A stretch of 64,000 bases of DNA, from positions 6,240,001 through 6,304,000 of the forward strand of contig OZ245365.1 of NCBI GenBank assembly GCA_965226495.1. Reading direction: 5' to 3'. How positions within the stretch are numbered: position 1 is the stretch's first letter; every line of letters starts with the position of its first letter. Below are positions 19,904-29,474 of this stretch, piece by piece. The position numbers and the translations under genes are program-made. Origin of the DNA: Candidatus Marinacidobacterales bacterium (GTDB lineage: Bacteria; Acidobacteriota; Vicinamibacteria; Marinacidobacterales; DATDRI01). Under the pieces are notes generated by a model. That model worked only from the letters and a program-made list of their open reading frames with translations. It was not told the DNA's origin and did no database searches.

Positions 19904-21759
19904 GAGACGATCTCGTACACAACGACCTCGCCATCACGAAAACGCTCCGGGATCCGCTCGCGATACCGCTCCATCGCCGATTCGAGCTGCCGCCGACGCG
20001 GCTCGGGGATCTCCGAGTAGTGGATCACGACGTAGCGCACCGGCGCACGCTCGAGGAGAAAGCGCAAGATTCGGGAGGTTGGGAAGTAACGCAGCCGTCC
20101 GACGAGCTCCCAATAATCGTTCGGCCACCAGCCGCTATAGCCGTTTACCAGTGGCTTGAAGTGGGACGTCGAATAGTACATGTAGCTCGATTCGCGAACG
20201 ATCTCCTCTCCTTCATGAATTGGAAGCACGAGCACCGCGCCGGGAGATTTTGCCGTGGCGAGCCATCGGTGAGCCGCAGGTATCGGGAGCGCCTCCGGTA
20301 CGACGCGATCCAGCGAGCTCGTTTGGTATTCGAACAACAGAAGCGCGACGAGTCCGACGCCCGCGGCGTTGCGAAAGCGACCAGCGTGGTCGAGTAGAGC
20401 CCTTGCGGCGAAGGCGGCAAGCATACTGCCCCCCACGAGCGCCAGGGTCGTGATCCGTGCGGGAACGCGCATGCCGTTGAAGCCGGGGAAGTGGAGTTGG
20501 AATAAACGATACGGCAGTGGAATACGTACCCCTAGAGCTCTTGTTTCCGGACCGAGCGAGAGTACGAATCCGACCAACAGGAGAGCAACGCCAAACTGCC
20601 AGAAAAGACGGCGCTCACGGGCGCCCGCGACCGCACCCGCGGCGGCGAGCAAAACGGCGACGAAGCCAGGAAACAGAGCTTTCCGACCGCGAGGAAGCCA
20701 CCGAATGTGGGGCGCGTCGTTGAATGCGCTCGGTGTCAGGTACTCGGAGGGCGTCGCCGAGTAATGCACCGTATCCTCGTAGCGCCGATAGAAGCCACGA
20801 TCGCGGTTTCGCTCGTACGGAATAAAGAATGGCAAAGCCACGACGCCGACGCAGATGGCTCCGAGAACGAGTTGCATAGCCGTGCTTTTCGTGAGACGCG
20901 CATCCGGCAGCGAGCGAGTTGACTGCGGAGTGGAAGAGGCCCTGGCGGTTTCGAGGCAAAGCAGAACGCCGAATAGAAGCACCGCGATCACCAGGTACAT
21001 TGCGTAGTAGTTGCACGACAGGATCTGGAGCAGCGAGAAAATGACGACTCCTCCGAGCCAGCCCAGTCCGCCTCCCCGCAGAAATCGATAAAGACACCAA
21101 AAGACGAACGGAAACCATTGGTAGGTGAGCAATTGGAGCTGAACTAAGTGCTGAAAGCGATAGGGCGCCGCGAGGAAGATCGTTCCCGCCACCAACGCCG
21201 CCCAGCCGTTCTTGGTCAGCTCACGAGTGAGCAGGAACATCCCGAGGCCCGATAGGACGAAGGAGCCGAAAAAGGCGACGTTGTAGGTGAGGACGAGGTT
21301 GTTCGTTGCCCAAAAGACCGGCCCTACGAGCACGGTGATGCCCATCATATGCTCGGAATAGGCGAGCGTGTCGGGGCGAGGCGCGAAGATATTCGCGTCG
21401 AACAGAGAAAATGGATCGCGCGGCAGGATGTGAAAATTCCAGGCGAGTGCCCACGCGTTGAGGAGCGAATCGGGGCTCGAGCTCAGCCCTGAGCCGAACC
21501 GTGGAGCGAGTGGCCACGTGAGCCACACGGAAACGGCCACGAAGAATCCGACGGCCGCGAGCGCGGATCCTCTTTTGTCACCCTGGGGCGCGGTGCTCGA
21601 CACGGTCTCTATGTTCCAGTTCATGGTTCCATTGAGGCGCGATTTCTCGTCACGCGCACGAGCTGACAGAAGATGTTGCAGATCGAGGACCAGACAGGCT
21701 CTCTCGGTGTCGGTCTCGAAGCGGACATTCTGGTCGTCGAGTGCAATCTCTTCGAGCAT
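19900..21759 (-). CDS. YfhO-like GT-C membrane protein
   Basis: DSLLNAWALAW, FDANIFAP..TLAYSEH, MRVPAR, PLVNGYSG; likely start near 21624. Confidence 0.78.
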   Translation of the reverse strand: MLEEIALDDQNVRFETDTERACLVLDLQHLLSARARDEKSRLNGTMNWNIETVSSTAPQGDKRGSALAAVGFFVAVSVWLTWPLAPRFGSGLSSSPDSLLNAWALAWNFHILPRDPFSLFDANIFAPRPDTLAYSEHMMGITVLVGPVFWATNNLVLTYNVAFFGSFVLSGLGMFLLTRELTKNGWAALVAGTIFLAAPYRFQHLVQLQLLTYQWFPFVFWCLYRFLRGGGLGWLGGVVIFSLLQILSCNYYAMYLVIAVLLFGVLLCLETARASSTPQSTRSLPDARLTKSTAMQLVLGAICVGVVALPFFIPYERNRDRGFYRRYEDTVHYSATPSEYLTPSAFNDAPHIRWLPRGRKALFPGFVAVLLAAAGAVAGARERRLFWQFGVALLLVGFVLSLGPETRALGVRIPLPYRLFQLHFPGFNGMRVPARITTLALVGGSMLAAFAARALLDHAGRFRNAAGVGLVALLLFEYQTSSLDRVVPEALPIPAAHRWLATAKSPGAVLVLPIHEGEEIVRESSYMYYSTSHFKPLVNGYSGWWPNDYWELVGRLRYFPTSRILRFLLERAPVRYVVIHYSEIPEPRRRQLESAMERYRERIPERFRDGEVVVYEIVS

Positions 21760-21896
21760 ATCCGCACCATCCAGGACCGCGCATGATCATCAGTAACGGC
21801 GAGATCGTGCGGAAGCGTTTCTGAGCTCAATTGCGGCGCCGGGGGATCGCCACTCTCAGCGGGGCACCTTCTCCCGTTTCGGGGTCCAGCGCTTCC

Positions 21897-22015
21897 CGTC
21901 CTGTGCCAAAACTCGGCCCTTTTGAAATAGGCCATAAATCAGCAACTTAGCACACTGGCAAAAATTATTTCCCATTCTTGGATGGACGCAATGTGTAGTT
22001 CCACTTCGGCAGCGA
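21897..22015. mobile_element. Long-TIR end with an ISAzo13 end joined at CTTAG
   Basis: TIR 21897-21950, then sequence matching 25957-26012. Confidence 0.8.
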
Positions 22016-22076
22016 AGTGGGTCGTTGGATGTGTCCCGAGGTTCGTGGAAAAAGAACGGCACCCTCCACTCCGTCA

Positions 22077-22717
22077 TCAGGGTATCAGATCAGGCGGCAA
22101 ACCTCCGCGTGTTCGAGAACCTTGCTCAGACGTTGGCAGCCGTCGATGCGCCGTAGTTGAATCTGGCCAGAGGCCGATAAGCCCAAACAGCAAAGCGACC
22201 GCGGACTCCTCGCTGGAGAACGACGCTTGGGTTTTCGTCCGACGTCGAAACTCGCGGTTGAGATTCTCCAGAGCATTGGTCGTTCGAATCGATTTCCACA
22301 TGGCACTAGGAAATTCGTAGAAGGTCAGCAGCTGATTACCGGCCTCCTCTAGGCTTCGGACGACGGCCGGCGCGAGAGGCGTCCATTTGGCGACGAGCTC
22401 GTCATAGGCTTTGCGAGCATCGATCCCGTTCTTGGCGTAGACGATCCGGTTGTAGTCACGCCGGAGCTCACGGCGTGCGTGCGCCGGGCAATGTTCGAGC
22501 AAGTTGGCGCGCTTGTGCTCGGTACATCGCTGCAACCGGCACCCCGGCCACTTCTCCAGCGCTTTCGTCAGCCCCTTGTGGCCGTCGCTGATCACTAGCT
22601 TGGGAGCCCGGAGTCCTCGAGCCTGGAGTCCCTCCAGCACGGAGCCCCAATGCGTCGAGGCTTCGCTCACCGCCACACGCAATGACAACAGACGTTTCTG
22701 CCCGTCTGGCGCGACCC
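22077..22717 (-). pseudogene. IS256 family transposase fragment (second subtype)
   Basis: ISDGHKGL, QRCTEH, IRTTNALENLNREFRRR; 5' end cut by the TIR at 22718. Confidence 0.85.
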
Positions 22718-22766
22718 CGTCCTGTGCCAAAACTCGGCCCTTTTTAAAAGAGCCTCTCCTGCCATT

Positions 22767-24047
22767 TCAGTGGATCCTCTCGAGGGTGAGACCGCCACAG
22801 TTTAGGTAGACGAGACTGATGAGAGCTTCGGCAGAGTGGAGTCCAAAGCTGCGGTGGCTCAGCAGCCGGATTTTGTTGTTCATTCCTTGGAGTCGGCCGT
22901 TGCTGAGTCTCCACGTGACCCACGCGATGACGCCATCGAAGTGGCTGCGGATCATCTTCGCCGCGCGTTTGACGGGCTCTATCCTCGAGCTCATAGCGCG
23001 CCGCAGCCATCCTCGGAGAAACTTCTTGGCCCATGTCTCGGTTTTGTAGGTGTAGAGGTCCATGAAGTCGTCGCGCAGAAGCATGGCGCGGTAGAGGCGA
23101 CGATTAGCTCGCACCTGCTCGCGGAGCACCCGTTTGTCTTTCGCGCTGCGGTTGTGTTTGGCCTTGAGAAGGGGAAACTTGGTGTTCTTGAGGTTGCGTC
23201 GGGCAGTCCCTTTGAGCTCGCGCACCAGCTCGCGCCGGGTCTTATCCACGGCCTCGTTCAGATGCTTGACGATGTGGAAGCGGTCAAAGATCACCCGTGC
23301 CTGAGGAGCCTTTTTGCCGACGACAGTTATGTACGGCTCCCACATGTCCATGCTGACCGCTTCGAGCTCCGCGGCTCTTTGTGGTCCGAGCTTGCGGAAA
23401 AACCGCAGCAGCGTCTTGGCCTTGCGCTCCTTTCCCGCCCAGACGACCCGGCCGCTGAGATGGTCTATTACCACTGTTAAGTACTTGTGGCGTTTGCGGT
23501 AGCTGATCTCGTCCATCCCAATCACCCGCAATCCATCGAGCTCGCGCCGCTCATCCCGCTGCTCGGCAACCACTCGCTGGATGATCCGTCGCACCGAACG
23601 CCACGTCACTCGGAAATAGTTCGCTACGGCGCTGACGTCCGTCCTCTGTGCCAGCCACGCTACCTCTTGCTCGAAGCTTTTGGTAAAGCGGCTTCCCTTG
23701 TCGGCCCAAGGCACCTTTTCTCTGACCACTCCACACCGCCGACATACCACTCGTCGGATCGAGTAGCGAAGATAGGTCCGGACTCCGAACAGGTCCAAGT
23801 GCCGCCAGTAGCGATTGTAGCGATCTTTGTTCTTGCGGACCTTTCGTCCGCAAATCCCGCACAGAGGCTTCCTCCTCCGTGGTACTACATCCACCACCAC
23901 TCTGGCTTTGTCCGCCTGGAAGTGGAAACCTCGGACCCACAGGCCTTGCAATCCGATGAGCTTGTTGACTAACGTAGTAACGCGCATCGCGGGAACGCTC
24001 TTTTCTCTTTCGGAAAAAAAGATTCTAGCGTTCTCGCCGATGCGCAT
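22767..24047 (-). CDS. ISL3 family transposase
   Basis: Zn finger CGICG / CRRCG, GMDE, SMDMW, FDRFH, SNG..GMNNKI; likely start MRVTTL. Confidence 0.92.
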   Translation of the reverse strand: MRIGENARIFFSEREKSVPAMRVTTLVNKLIGLQGLWVRGFHFQADKARVVVDVVPRRRKPLCGICGRKVRKNKDRYNRYWRHLDLFGVRTYLRYSIRRVVCRRCGVVREKVPWADKGSRFTKSFEQEVAWLAQRTDVSAVANYFRVTWRSVRRIIQRVVAEQRDERRELDGLRVIGMDEISYRKRHKYLTVVIDHLSGRVVWAGKERKAKTLLRFFRKLGPQRAAELEAVSMDMWEPYITVVGKKAPQARVIFDRFHIVKHLNEAVDKTRRELVRELKGTARRNLKNTKFPLLKAKHNRSAKDKRVLREQVRANRRLYRAMLLRDDFMDLYTYKTETWAKKFLRGWLRRAMSSRIEPVKRAAKMIRSHFDGVIAWVTWRLSNGRLQGMNNKIRLLSHRSFGLHSAEALISLVYLNCGGLTLERIH

Positions 24048-24114
24048 CTACACATGGCTTACCCTCTCAACCCACGGGCCTCACCAAATGCCACTGCCCC
24101 TCAGCGGGAGACGA

Positions 24115-24425
24115 GGCTGTGGGAAACGCCCCCACGGTTCTGGTCGTTCAGACCTTGCTCACGACTGAGTTCTCTTCGAAGCCTGGAAGGGCGTTTTCCA
24201 TAGCCTCCACTAATCGAGCCCCCCCTTCCTTATTCCATATGAATTAATCTTTCTTGTATATATATCAGGAGGGGCCTGTGGGCGCTCGTGGGAAACGCGA
24301 AGCGTTTTCCAAGCGATTGTGGAAAACGCCGCTCCACGTTTGTACGTGCTCACAACCTTTCCCTAAACGCCTCTCTCGCCCGGAGTTTCCGGCGTTTTCC
24401 ACAATCGCGGCAGCGTCCATAGGCC
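24115..24425. repeat. Nested long inverted repeats
   Basis: 24115-24131 pairs with 24189-24205; 24313-24331 pairs perfectly with 24390-24408. Confidence 0.7.
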
Positions 24426-24469
24426 ATGCCCTCCAACACAAATCAGATCCCCCGAAACGACAGGAGAAC

Positions 24470-24885
24470 CGTATTTTTGGACACGACGGCCTTGAGGAAG
24501 GTGCTCCACGACATGCTCTTGCCCCGCTCCGGAGCCGACGCGATACCGTGCTCGGCGAGGAGCCTCTTGATGGTGTTGCGTCCAAGTTCATGTCCTAGGT
24601 TCTTGAGTGCGCCCCGCAGGCGCGTATATCCCCACGTCGGGTTCTCTCTCGCCACGCGTACAATGAGCTCACGGATATCCTTCGCCGTCGGAGGTCGGCC
24701 TGGGCTCCGGTTCTTGCTGCCATCGTACTTGGCTGCGATGAGGTAGCGGTACCAGCGCAGAAGCGTAGCGGGTGTGGCAACGGACGCAATCTGGGCCAGC
24801 GCCTCGCGGCCTAAAGCCTGGGACTTGACGGCGAGCCTACGCCGGTCGTCGTCAGAGAGCTTGAGACGCTTGCCCCGAAGCCCGG
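24470..24885 (-). pseudogene. Integrase-core IS transposase internal fragment
   Basis: Near-identical to 32280-32670; bounded by a CGTCGTGTCC end. Confidence 0.88.
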
Positions 24886-25691
24886 CGCTCGGGCCGCCGT
24901 AGCCGCCCAGGCCGAGGCTGCGCCCCACCGACAGGCCGACCGTGAGCGGACCCCGCCTGTAGTCGGCCCCGAGCATCGTCGTGCGCATGTCGCCGTTGAG
25001 CGACAGCGCCCCCTCCATGCCCCCGAAGTACGACCGGGAGCTGCGGCTCCATACCGACACGACCCCGCCGTGCTGCTCGCGGTTCAGCTCGAACTCCGAG
25101 TTGGAGAACAGGTCGCCGCCCGGCAGGAACGAGCCGAATCCGCCGCCGTGCACGCTGCCCGATGGCCCGTAGTCCGTCATGGCGGCCGCGCCGCCGGCGC
25201 CGCGGGAGCGAGGCTTCCGGGCGCGGTTCGCCGGCCGGGAATTCCGGCCGGGCATGGAACGGGACTTCGCGCTCGGCTTCCTGTCGCAGTTCGGGCAGCC
25301 GATGGGCGCAACCGCGATGGGCGCGAACCCGGTGGGCGCCGCATCAATGAGCGCTGCCTCGATGGGTGCGTCCCCGATGGGAGCACGCCCGTCCGGCCAC
25401 GGCGCCGCCATCCGCTGCTCGACGTGCTCGACCACCTGCTCGGCCGTCGCCCGCCCGAACCGCGCCAGCAGCGCCGCCGGCATCAGGTCCGCGTTCTCGA
25501 TCGTCCCGGTCGCCTCGGCGTCCTCCAGCCACGCCCCCGCCGCGTTCGACAGTGCGAGCACGAACGTCTCCTCGCCCTCGTCGTGCGCGTCGTCGAGCAC
25601 CGTGACCTCGATGGTCTTGCTCGACTCGCCCGCCTGGAACGTCAGCGTGCCGCTCGCCGCCCTGTAGTCCTCGCCCGCCTGCGCGCTGCCG
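24886..25691 (-). pseudogene. Calx-beta autotransporter fragment containing an internal inversion (25195-25407)
   Basis: Calx-beta ([17 protein letters not shown]), [12 protein letters not shown] linker and barrel start LGADY; both ends cut by IS. Confidence 0.85.
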
Positions 25692-25915
25692 TGTGCCTTC
25701 TATTTATTCATCCGGGCGCCCCAAACTTGATTAGTCTCCGGTCTGCCGGCACCATGCCTGCTTGATTTCGTCGTTTGGTCGCGCTCTCATCTCCGCCTTC
25801 AAGGCTCGTCGCGAGCTGGCTCTCGACAATGTCGCTCTTCGGCAGCAGCTCGCCGGCCTCCCCCGTTCGGTGAAACGGCCGCGGCTCTCGAACGTCGACC
25901 GCGGGTTTTGGGTAA
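25692..25915 (+). mobile_element. Integrase-core IS end plus N-terminal fragment
   Basis: RELALDNVALRQQL..RPRL...DRGFWV. Confidence 0.75.
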
Positions 25916-25965
25916 CTGTAGAGCCTAAGGGCCCTTGGCCCAGTCGCTAAGGACCGTGGCAGAAA

Positions 25966-26889
25966 TTATTTCCCATTCTTGGATGGACGCAACGTGTAGT
26001 TCCACTTCGGCAGGGAAGAGGATTTTTTGATGTTGAGTAGCGCCATCGCAGGGTCCGAGATTTTGATGCCCTTAGGATACTGCTTCTTGACGAGACGGGC
26101 GTTAACCTTGAGCCCAGTTTTGGTCTTGGTGGTCCGTATGAAGTTCAGGATGGTTTCGTAGCTATCGAGCGGCCGGCCCGCCCAATTCTTGCTAATCTCG
26201 CTGAACAGGCGGTGCTCGATTGGGTTCCACTTGGACGCACCTGGTGGATAGTGTGCGACCGTGACGTCCAAACCGTGCTCGTTGCACAGCTTGTGCTGGA
26301 TGCCGTGTTTCCATGCACGGCGGGTTGCGCCGTTGCTTCCGCCAGTGTCAGCTACGACAAGTAAATGTTTGCGGCCGGGAAAACGCTTCTGACCTTCAGA
26401 GCGCCACCACTTCTCGATGCATTCGACTGCGAATTGCGACGTGTCGTAAGACGTTCCGACATACACGGTGCCTCGATTACTCTGGAGATCATAGATGCCG
26501 TATGGGATTGCGACCCCATCTGCCATGGAGCGAAAGTCGTGGTCGTTGACGGCATCGCTCTTTTGAGCCCAGACGCGTCCTGGGTTCTTGAAGCGTCCGA
26601 CCAACTCTTTCTTCTTGGTGTCGACACTCAATATGGGATTGCCACGTCGGCTAAAGCGCTCCCGTAGCTGTGTGATGTTGGCGAACTGGGCGTCGCGAGT
26701 TGGAGGAGAGCCATTCGAGATCTTCTTTTTGTTGGTCCGGAGTGAGAAGTTCATCTGTTTAAGCAGCTTCGCGACGGTTTTGCGACTGACGCGAATGCCC
26801 AAGGCCGAGAGTTCGGCAGCTATTTTTTTCGTGGTCTTGCGAGTCCATCTCAGACCGCTGACGGGATCGCCAGCGACCTCGTACTTCAT
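25966..26889 (-). CDS. ISAzo13 transposase, DDE part
   Basis: GDP...LRWT, SVDTKKKELVG, ADTGGSNG, SKWNPIEHRLFS. Confidence 0.92.
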   Translation of the reverse strand: MKYEVAGDPVSGLRWTRKTTKKIAAELSALGIRVSRKTVAKLLKQMNFSLRTNKKKISNGSPPTRDAQFANITQLRERFSRRGNPILSVDTKKKELVGRFKNPGRVWAQKSDAVNDHDFRSMADGVAIPYGIYDLQSNRGTVYVGTSYDTSQFAVECIEKWWRSEGQKRFPGRKHLLVVADTGGSNGATRRAWKHGIQHKLCNEHGLDVTVAHYPPGASKWNPIEHRLFSEISKNWAGRPLDSYETILNFIRTTKTKTGLKVNARLVKKQYPKGIKISDPAMALLNIKKSSSLPKWNYTLRPSKNGK

Positions 26890-27689
26890 AAGTTCTTCGA
26901 TCGCCGCGATGACTTCTGGCGTTTTTTTTCGACAGCTTTGCGGCCGGCACCCGCTTTTCGGACCCGCTCCACATTCACATCATGCTCAAGTAGCTCGCGA
27001 CGGCCCCGAGCCACAGTGCTAACGTCGAGCCCGAGGATCTCCGCCATCTGGCGGTCACCGCCATAACCTAACTTGAGAGATTCAAGCCCCGCATACACAC
27101 GCCTTTCTCTCTCATCGAGCAGGCTAAAGAAAAGGATGATGGCTGCTTTGAGCTCATCGGGTAGGACGTCTTGAGCAGCAATACTCTTGGACACAGAGGG
27201 TTGCGCTTCCCAAACACGTCGGCTGGCTATTTGCTGTTCACGAATGCTCCTCTTCGGAGAGAAGTAGACATTGCGATTTCTAATCCGAGTGCGGCGAAGT
27301 CTTTTCTCCCAGGCCAATTTCGGCAGCACATCTTTGGTCCCAACCCTAACAATGGCATCAAGCTCCTCCACCGCGTAGCCAGCCTCGGAGGCGTTCACCA
27401 GTCCTTCGGCCGTGGCGACGAGTGTCCCTCGACTTGAAAAGCCGACGGACCGAATCCACCACAAGCCGTTCTCATCAAACTCCGCGAGCTCTCGGAGCGT
27501 GTAGAAACGTCCACGGTGCGAATAGCTGGTGCAGTAGTCGAGCTCTCTCAGTTTCCGGAACACCGTCAGGTCAGCGACAGTCCCCACTGTCTTCTTGAGC
27601 ATGTCCATGGTGGCGATGAGACGTTTGGCAAACAACCCCCGCAGGCGGTCAATGTCAGAGTTACGAATCATAATTCGTAACTCTAACAC
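26886..27689 (-). CDS. ISAzo13 transposase N-terminal ORF, probably frameshift-fused at an A8 run near 26922
   Basis: LDERERRVYAGLESLKLGYGG..TVARGRREL..RVRKAGAGRK. Confidence 0.85.
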   Translation of the reverse strand: MLELRIMIRNSDIDRLRGLFAKRLIATMDMLKKTVGTVADLTVFRKLRELDYCTSYSHRGRFYTLRELAEFDENGLWWIRSVGFSSRGTLVATAEGLVNASEAGYAVEELDAIVRVGTKDVLPKLAWEKRLRRTRIRNRNVYFSPKRSIREQQIASRRVWEAQPSVSKSIAAQDVLPDELKAAIILFFSLLDERERRVYAGLESLKLGYGGDRQMAEILGLDVSTVARGRRELLEHDVNVERVRKAGAGRKAVEKKRQKSSRRSKNL

Positions 27690-27868
27690 ACAATGACCTA
27701 CGTCTCCAGGGGCAAGCTCTCAAAGAGCTGCAAATAGCTCCATTTGACGCGGTCCCGCCAGGCGATCCGCTTCCCGCCGGCTCGGATCGTTATCCCTGCA
27801 GCAGATGAATTACGACAAAGACTTGGTAGTTATTCTTGCCCCGACCCTAAGGGCCCTTGGCCCAGTCG

Positions 27869-27922
27869 CTAAGCTGCTGATTTATGGTCTATTTCAAAAG
27901 GGCTGAGTTTTGGCACAGGACG
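27869..27922 (-). mobile_element. Solo long-TIR end
   Basis: Reverse complement of CGTCCTGTGCC...CTTAG. Confidence 0.85.
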
Positions 27923-27961
27923 AGAGTTCGATGACAACGAGCACATAGTAGGTCACGAGCC

Positions 27962-29161
27962 GGTGCTTCCGCCATCAAGTGTTGCTACGCGGCTGCGGGC
28001 AGTGGTTCAGGTGCGGAAGAGACCGGGTTGCGCGCCCCAGTGAGCAGGAAAACCTCGATCCGCGACCACAAAGGAATCGTCGTCGCCAAGAAGATGTCTC
28101 GAAAGGTGAGCCGTCGAATGGTCAGACCGGCCTGCATAGCCGGAGTTCGGATCTCACGTCCGAACTTCAGAGCTCCGTGCGGTCGGACGAAGTTGTAATA
28201 GCAACGGAGCAACTCCAGGTGCTCATCGAGCCTCTCCGTCGAGCGAGCGTGGGAAAGCGTTCGTCTCGAAAGGTATGCCGAGCTTTGCCGGATGGTCAGA
28301 TTCAACCGCTCGATGAACGACGTGTTCAATGTCGAGGAGTCCTCGGAGTTATTGAGCGCGTCTTCGAATCGCCACGCGGCTCCGTGCAGCGCTCTGCGTT
28401 CGACCTTGATGATGCGATCGTTCCTGCGCGTTTTGAGGACTTGGCCGTAAAGACACGCTGGCCCGAAGAAGCGACGGATGACCCTCTGGTAGAATTCGAA
28501 TCCATCCGTAACGATCAGGGGAAGACGCCCGAAATTCATCCGCTTCGAAAGGTCGCGAAACAGAGCGTGAGTGTTCCGGTAGCTTCGCCTTCCCGTCACC
28601 GTCGATGGCCAGAGCCGAGACCAGACCTCGATCGTAACGAAGACCCAACTCGGCGTCTTCTTGTTGCCCGCGAACGTGCGAATCTCGTCGGCTTGAAGCT
28701 CTTCGGCAGCGAAGCCAGCGATCCTTGTGTGGTTGAATCGACGACACACTTGGGCTGCCTTCTCAAGCCAGCGGGCGACGGTGTTCCAGGCAATCCCTTC
28801 GATCCGGGAAATCGAGGAAATGCTGACACCCTCGACTCTGAGAGCGATGACCCCGTCGAAAGTAGCTCTTCGATGTTGGAGACGGTAGTAGGGCGTGCCT
28901 TTCGTCGAGGAGGACGTCTTTCCGCACTCGCCGCACCGGTATCGACGGCGTTTCCCAGACCTGGTTCGGTAGAATCCGTGGCGAACGATGTTTCCGGAAC
29001 TGACTTTGCCCCGCAACGGACATGCGAGATTGAAACATCTGCTATTCTTCACTTCGGCTCGGCCCTGACGATGAGAGAACTGTGTCTTCGGAAATCAGGC
29101 TCAAACTCTAGCACGCGAGCGGGTTACGCGGCGGCCACCAACACTTGATGGCGGAAGCACC
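27962..29161 (-). mobile_element. IS1 family element
   Basis: 23-bp TIRs GGTGCTTCCGCCATCAAGTGTTG. Confidence 0.9.
27985..29052 (-). CDS. IS1 family transposase
   Basis: Zn ribbon RYRCGECG, HTH, QADE, VTDG, TSFIERLNLTIRQ. Confidence 0.9.
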   Translation of the reverse strand: MKNSRCFNLACPLRGKVSSGNIVRHGFYRTRSGKRRRYRCGECGKTSSSTKGTPYYRLQHRRATFDGVIALRVEGVSISSISRIEGIAWNTVARWLEKAAQVCRRFNHTRIAGFAAEELQADEIRTFAGNKKTPSWVFVTIEVWSRLWPSTVTGRRSYRNTHALFRDLSKRMNFGRLPLIVTDGFEFYQRVIRRFFGPACLYGQVLKTRRNDRIIKVERRALHGAAWRFEDALNNSEDSSTLNTSFIERLNLTIRQSSAYLSRRTLSHARSTERLDEHLELLRCYYNFVRPHGALKFGREIRTPAMQAGLTIRRLTFRDIFLATTIPLWSRIEVFLLTGARNPVSSAPEPLPAAA

Positions 29162-29474
29162 GCCGCGACGCCGCATAGGAGTTCGGGCGCGCCAGTTGGA
29201 CGGAACGGATGGTCTGGAGGAGAGGTCTGCTCGGGAGCGCCTATCGCAGAGCCAGTGCCGCGTCGGCTGGTCTCCGCGAATCTCGAGAACGCCTCCAGGA
29301 TTCGAGCTTTCGGCTCCGTTCGCATTTTCGAACACGACGGGGTGCCGAGTGTCCAATTTTCGTCCGCCACAAATGTGCAATTTACAGCCGCCGCTAACAC
29401 CCCAACTTCAAAATGCTACAATTCTTGTCGGCGGGTCAATCGTGCCGACGGCACCAGCTGGCCCTCGTAACGTG

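Larger units (their letters stand above)
25951..27847 (-). mobile_element. ISAzo13 family element
   Basis: Imperfect TIRs; flanked by a 25-28-bp direct repeat. Confidence 0.85.

Noticed and set aside
27979-29148. 389-aa plus-strand ORF
   Set aside because: Antisense shadow of the IS1 transposase.
29145-29474. N-terminal extension of the CotH ORF
   Set aside because: It starts inside the IS1 TIR; the signal peptide begins at 29475.
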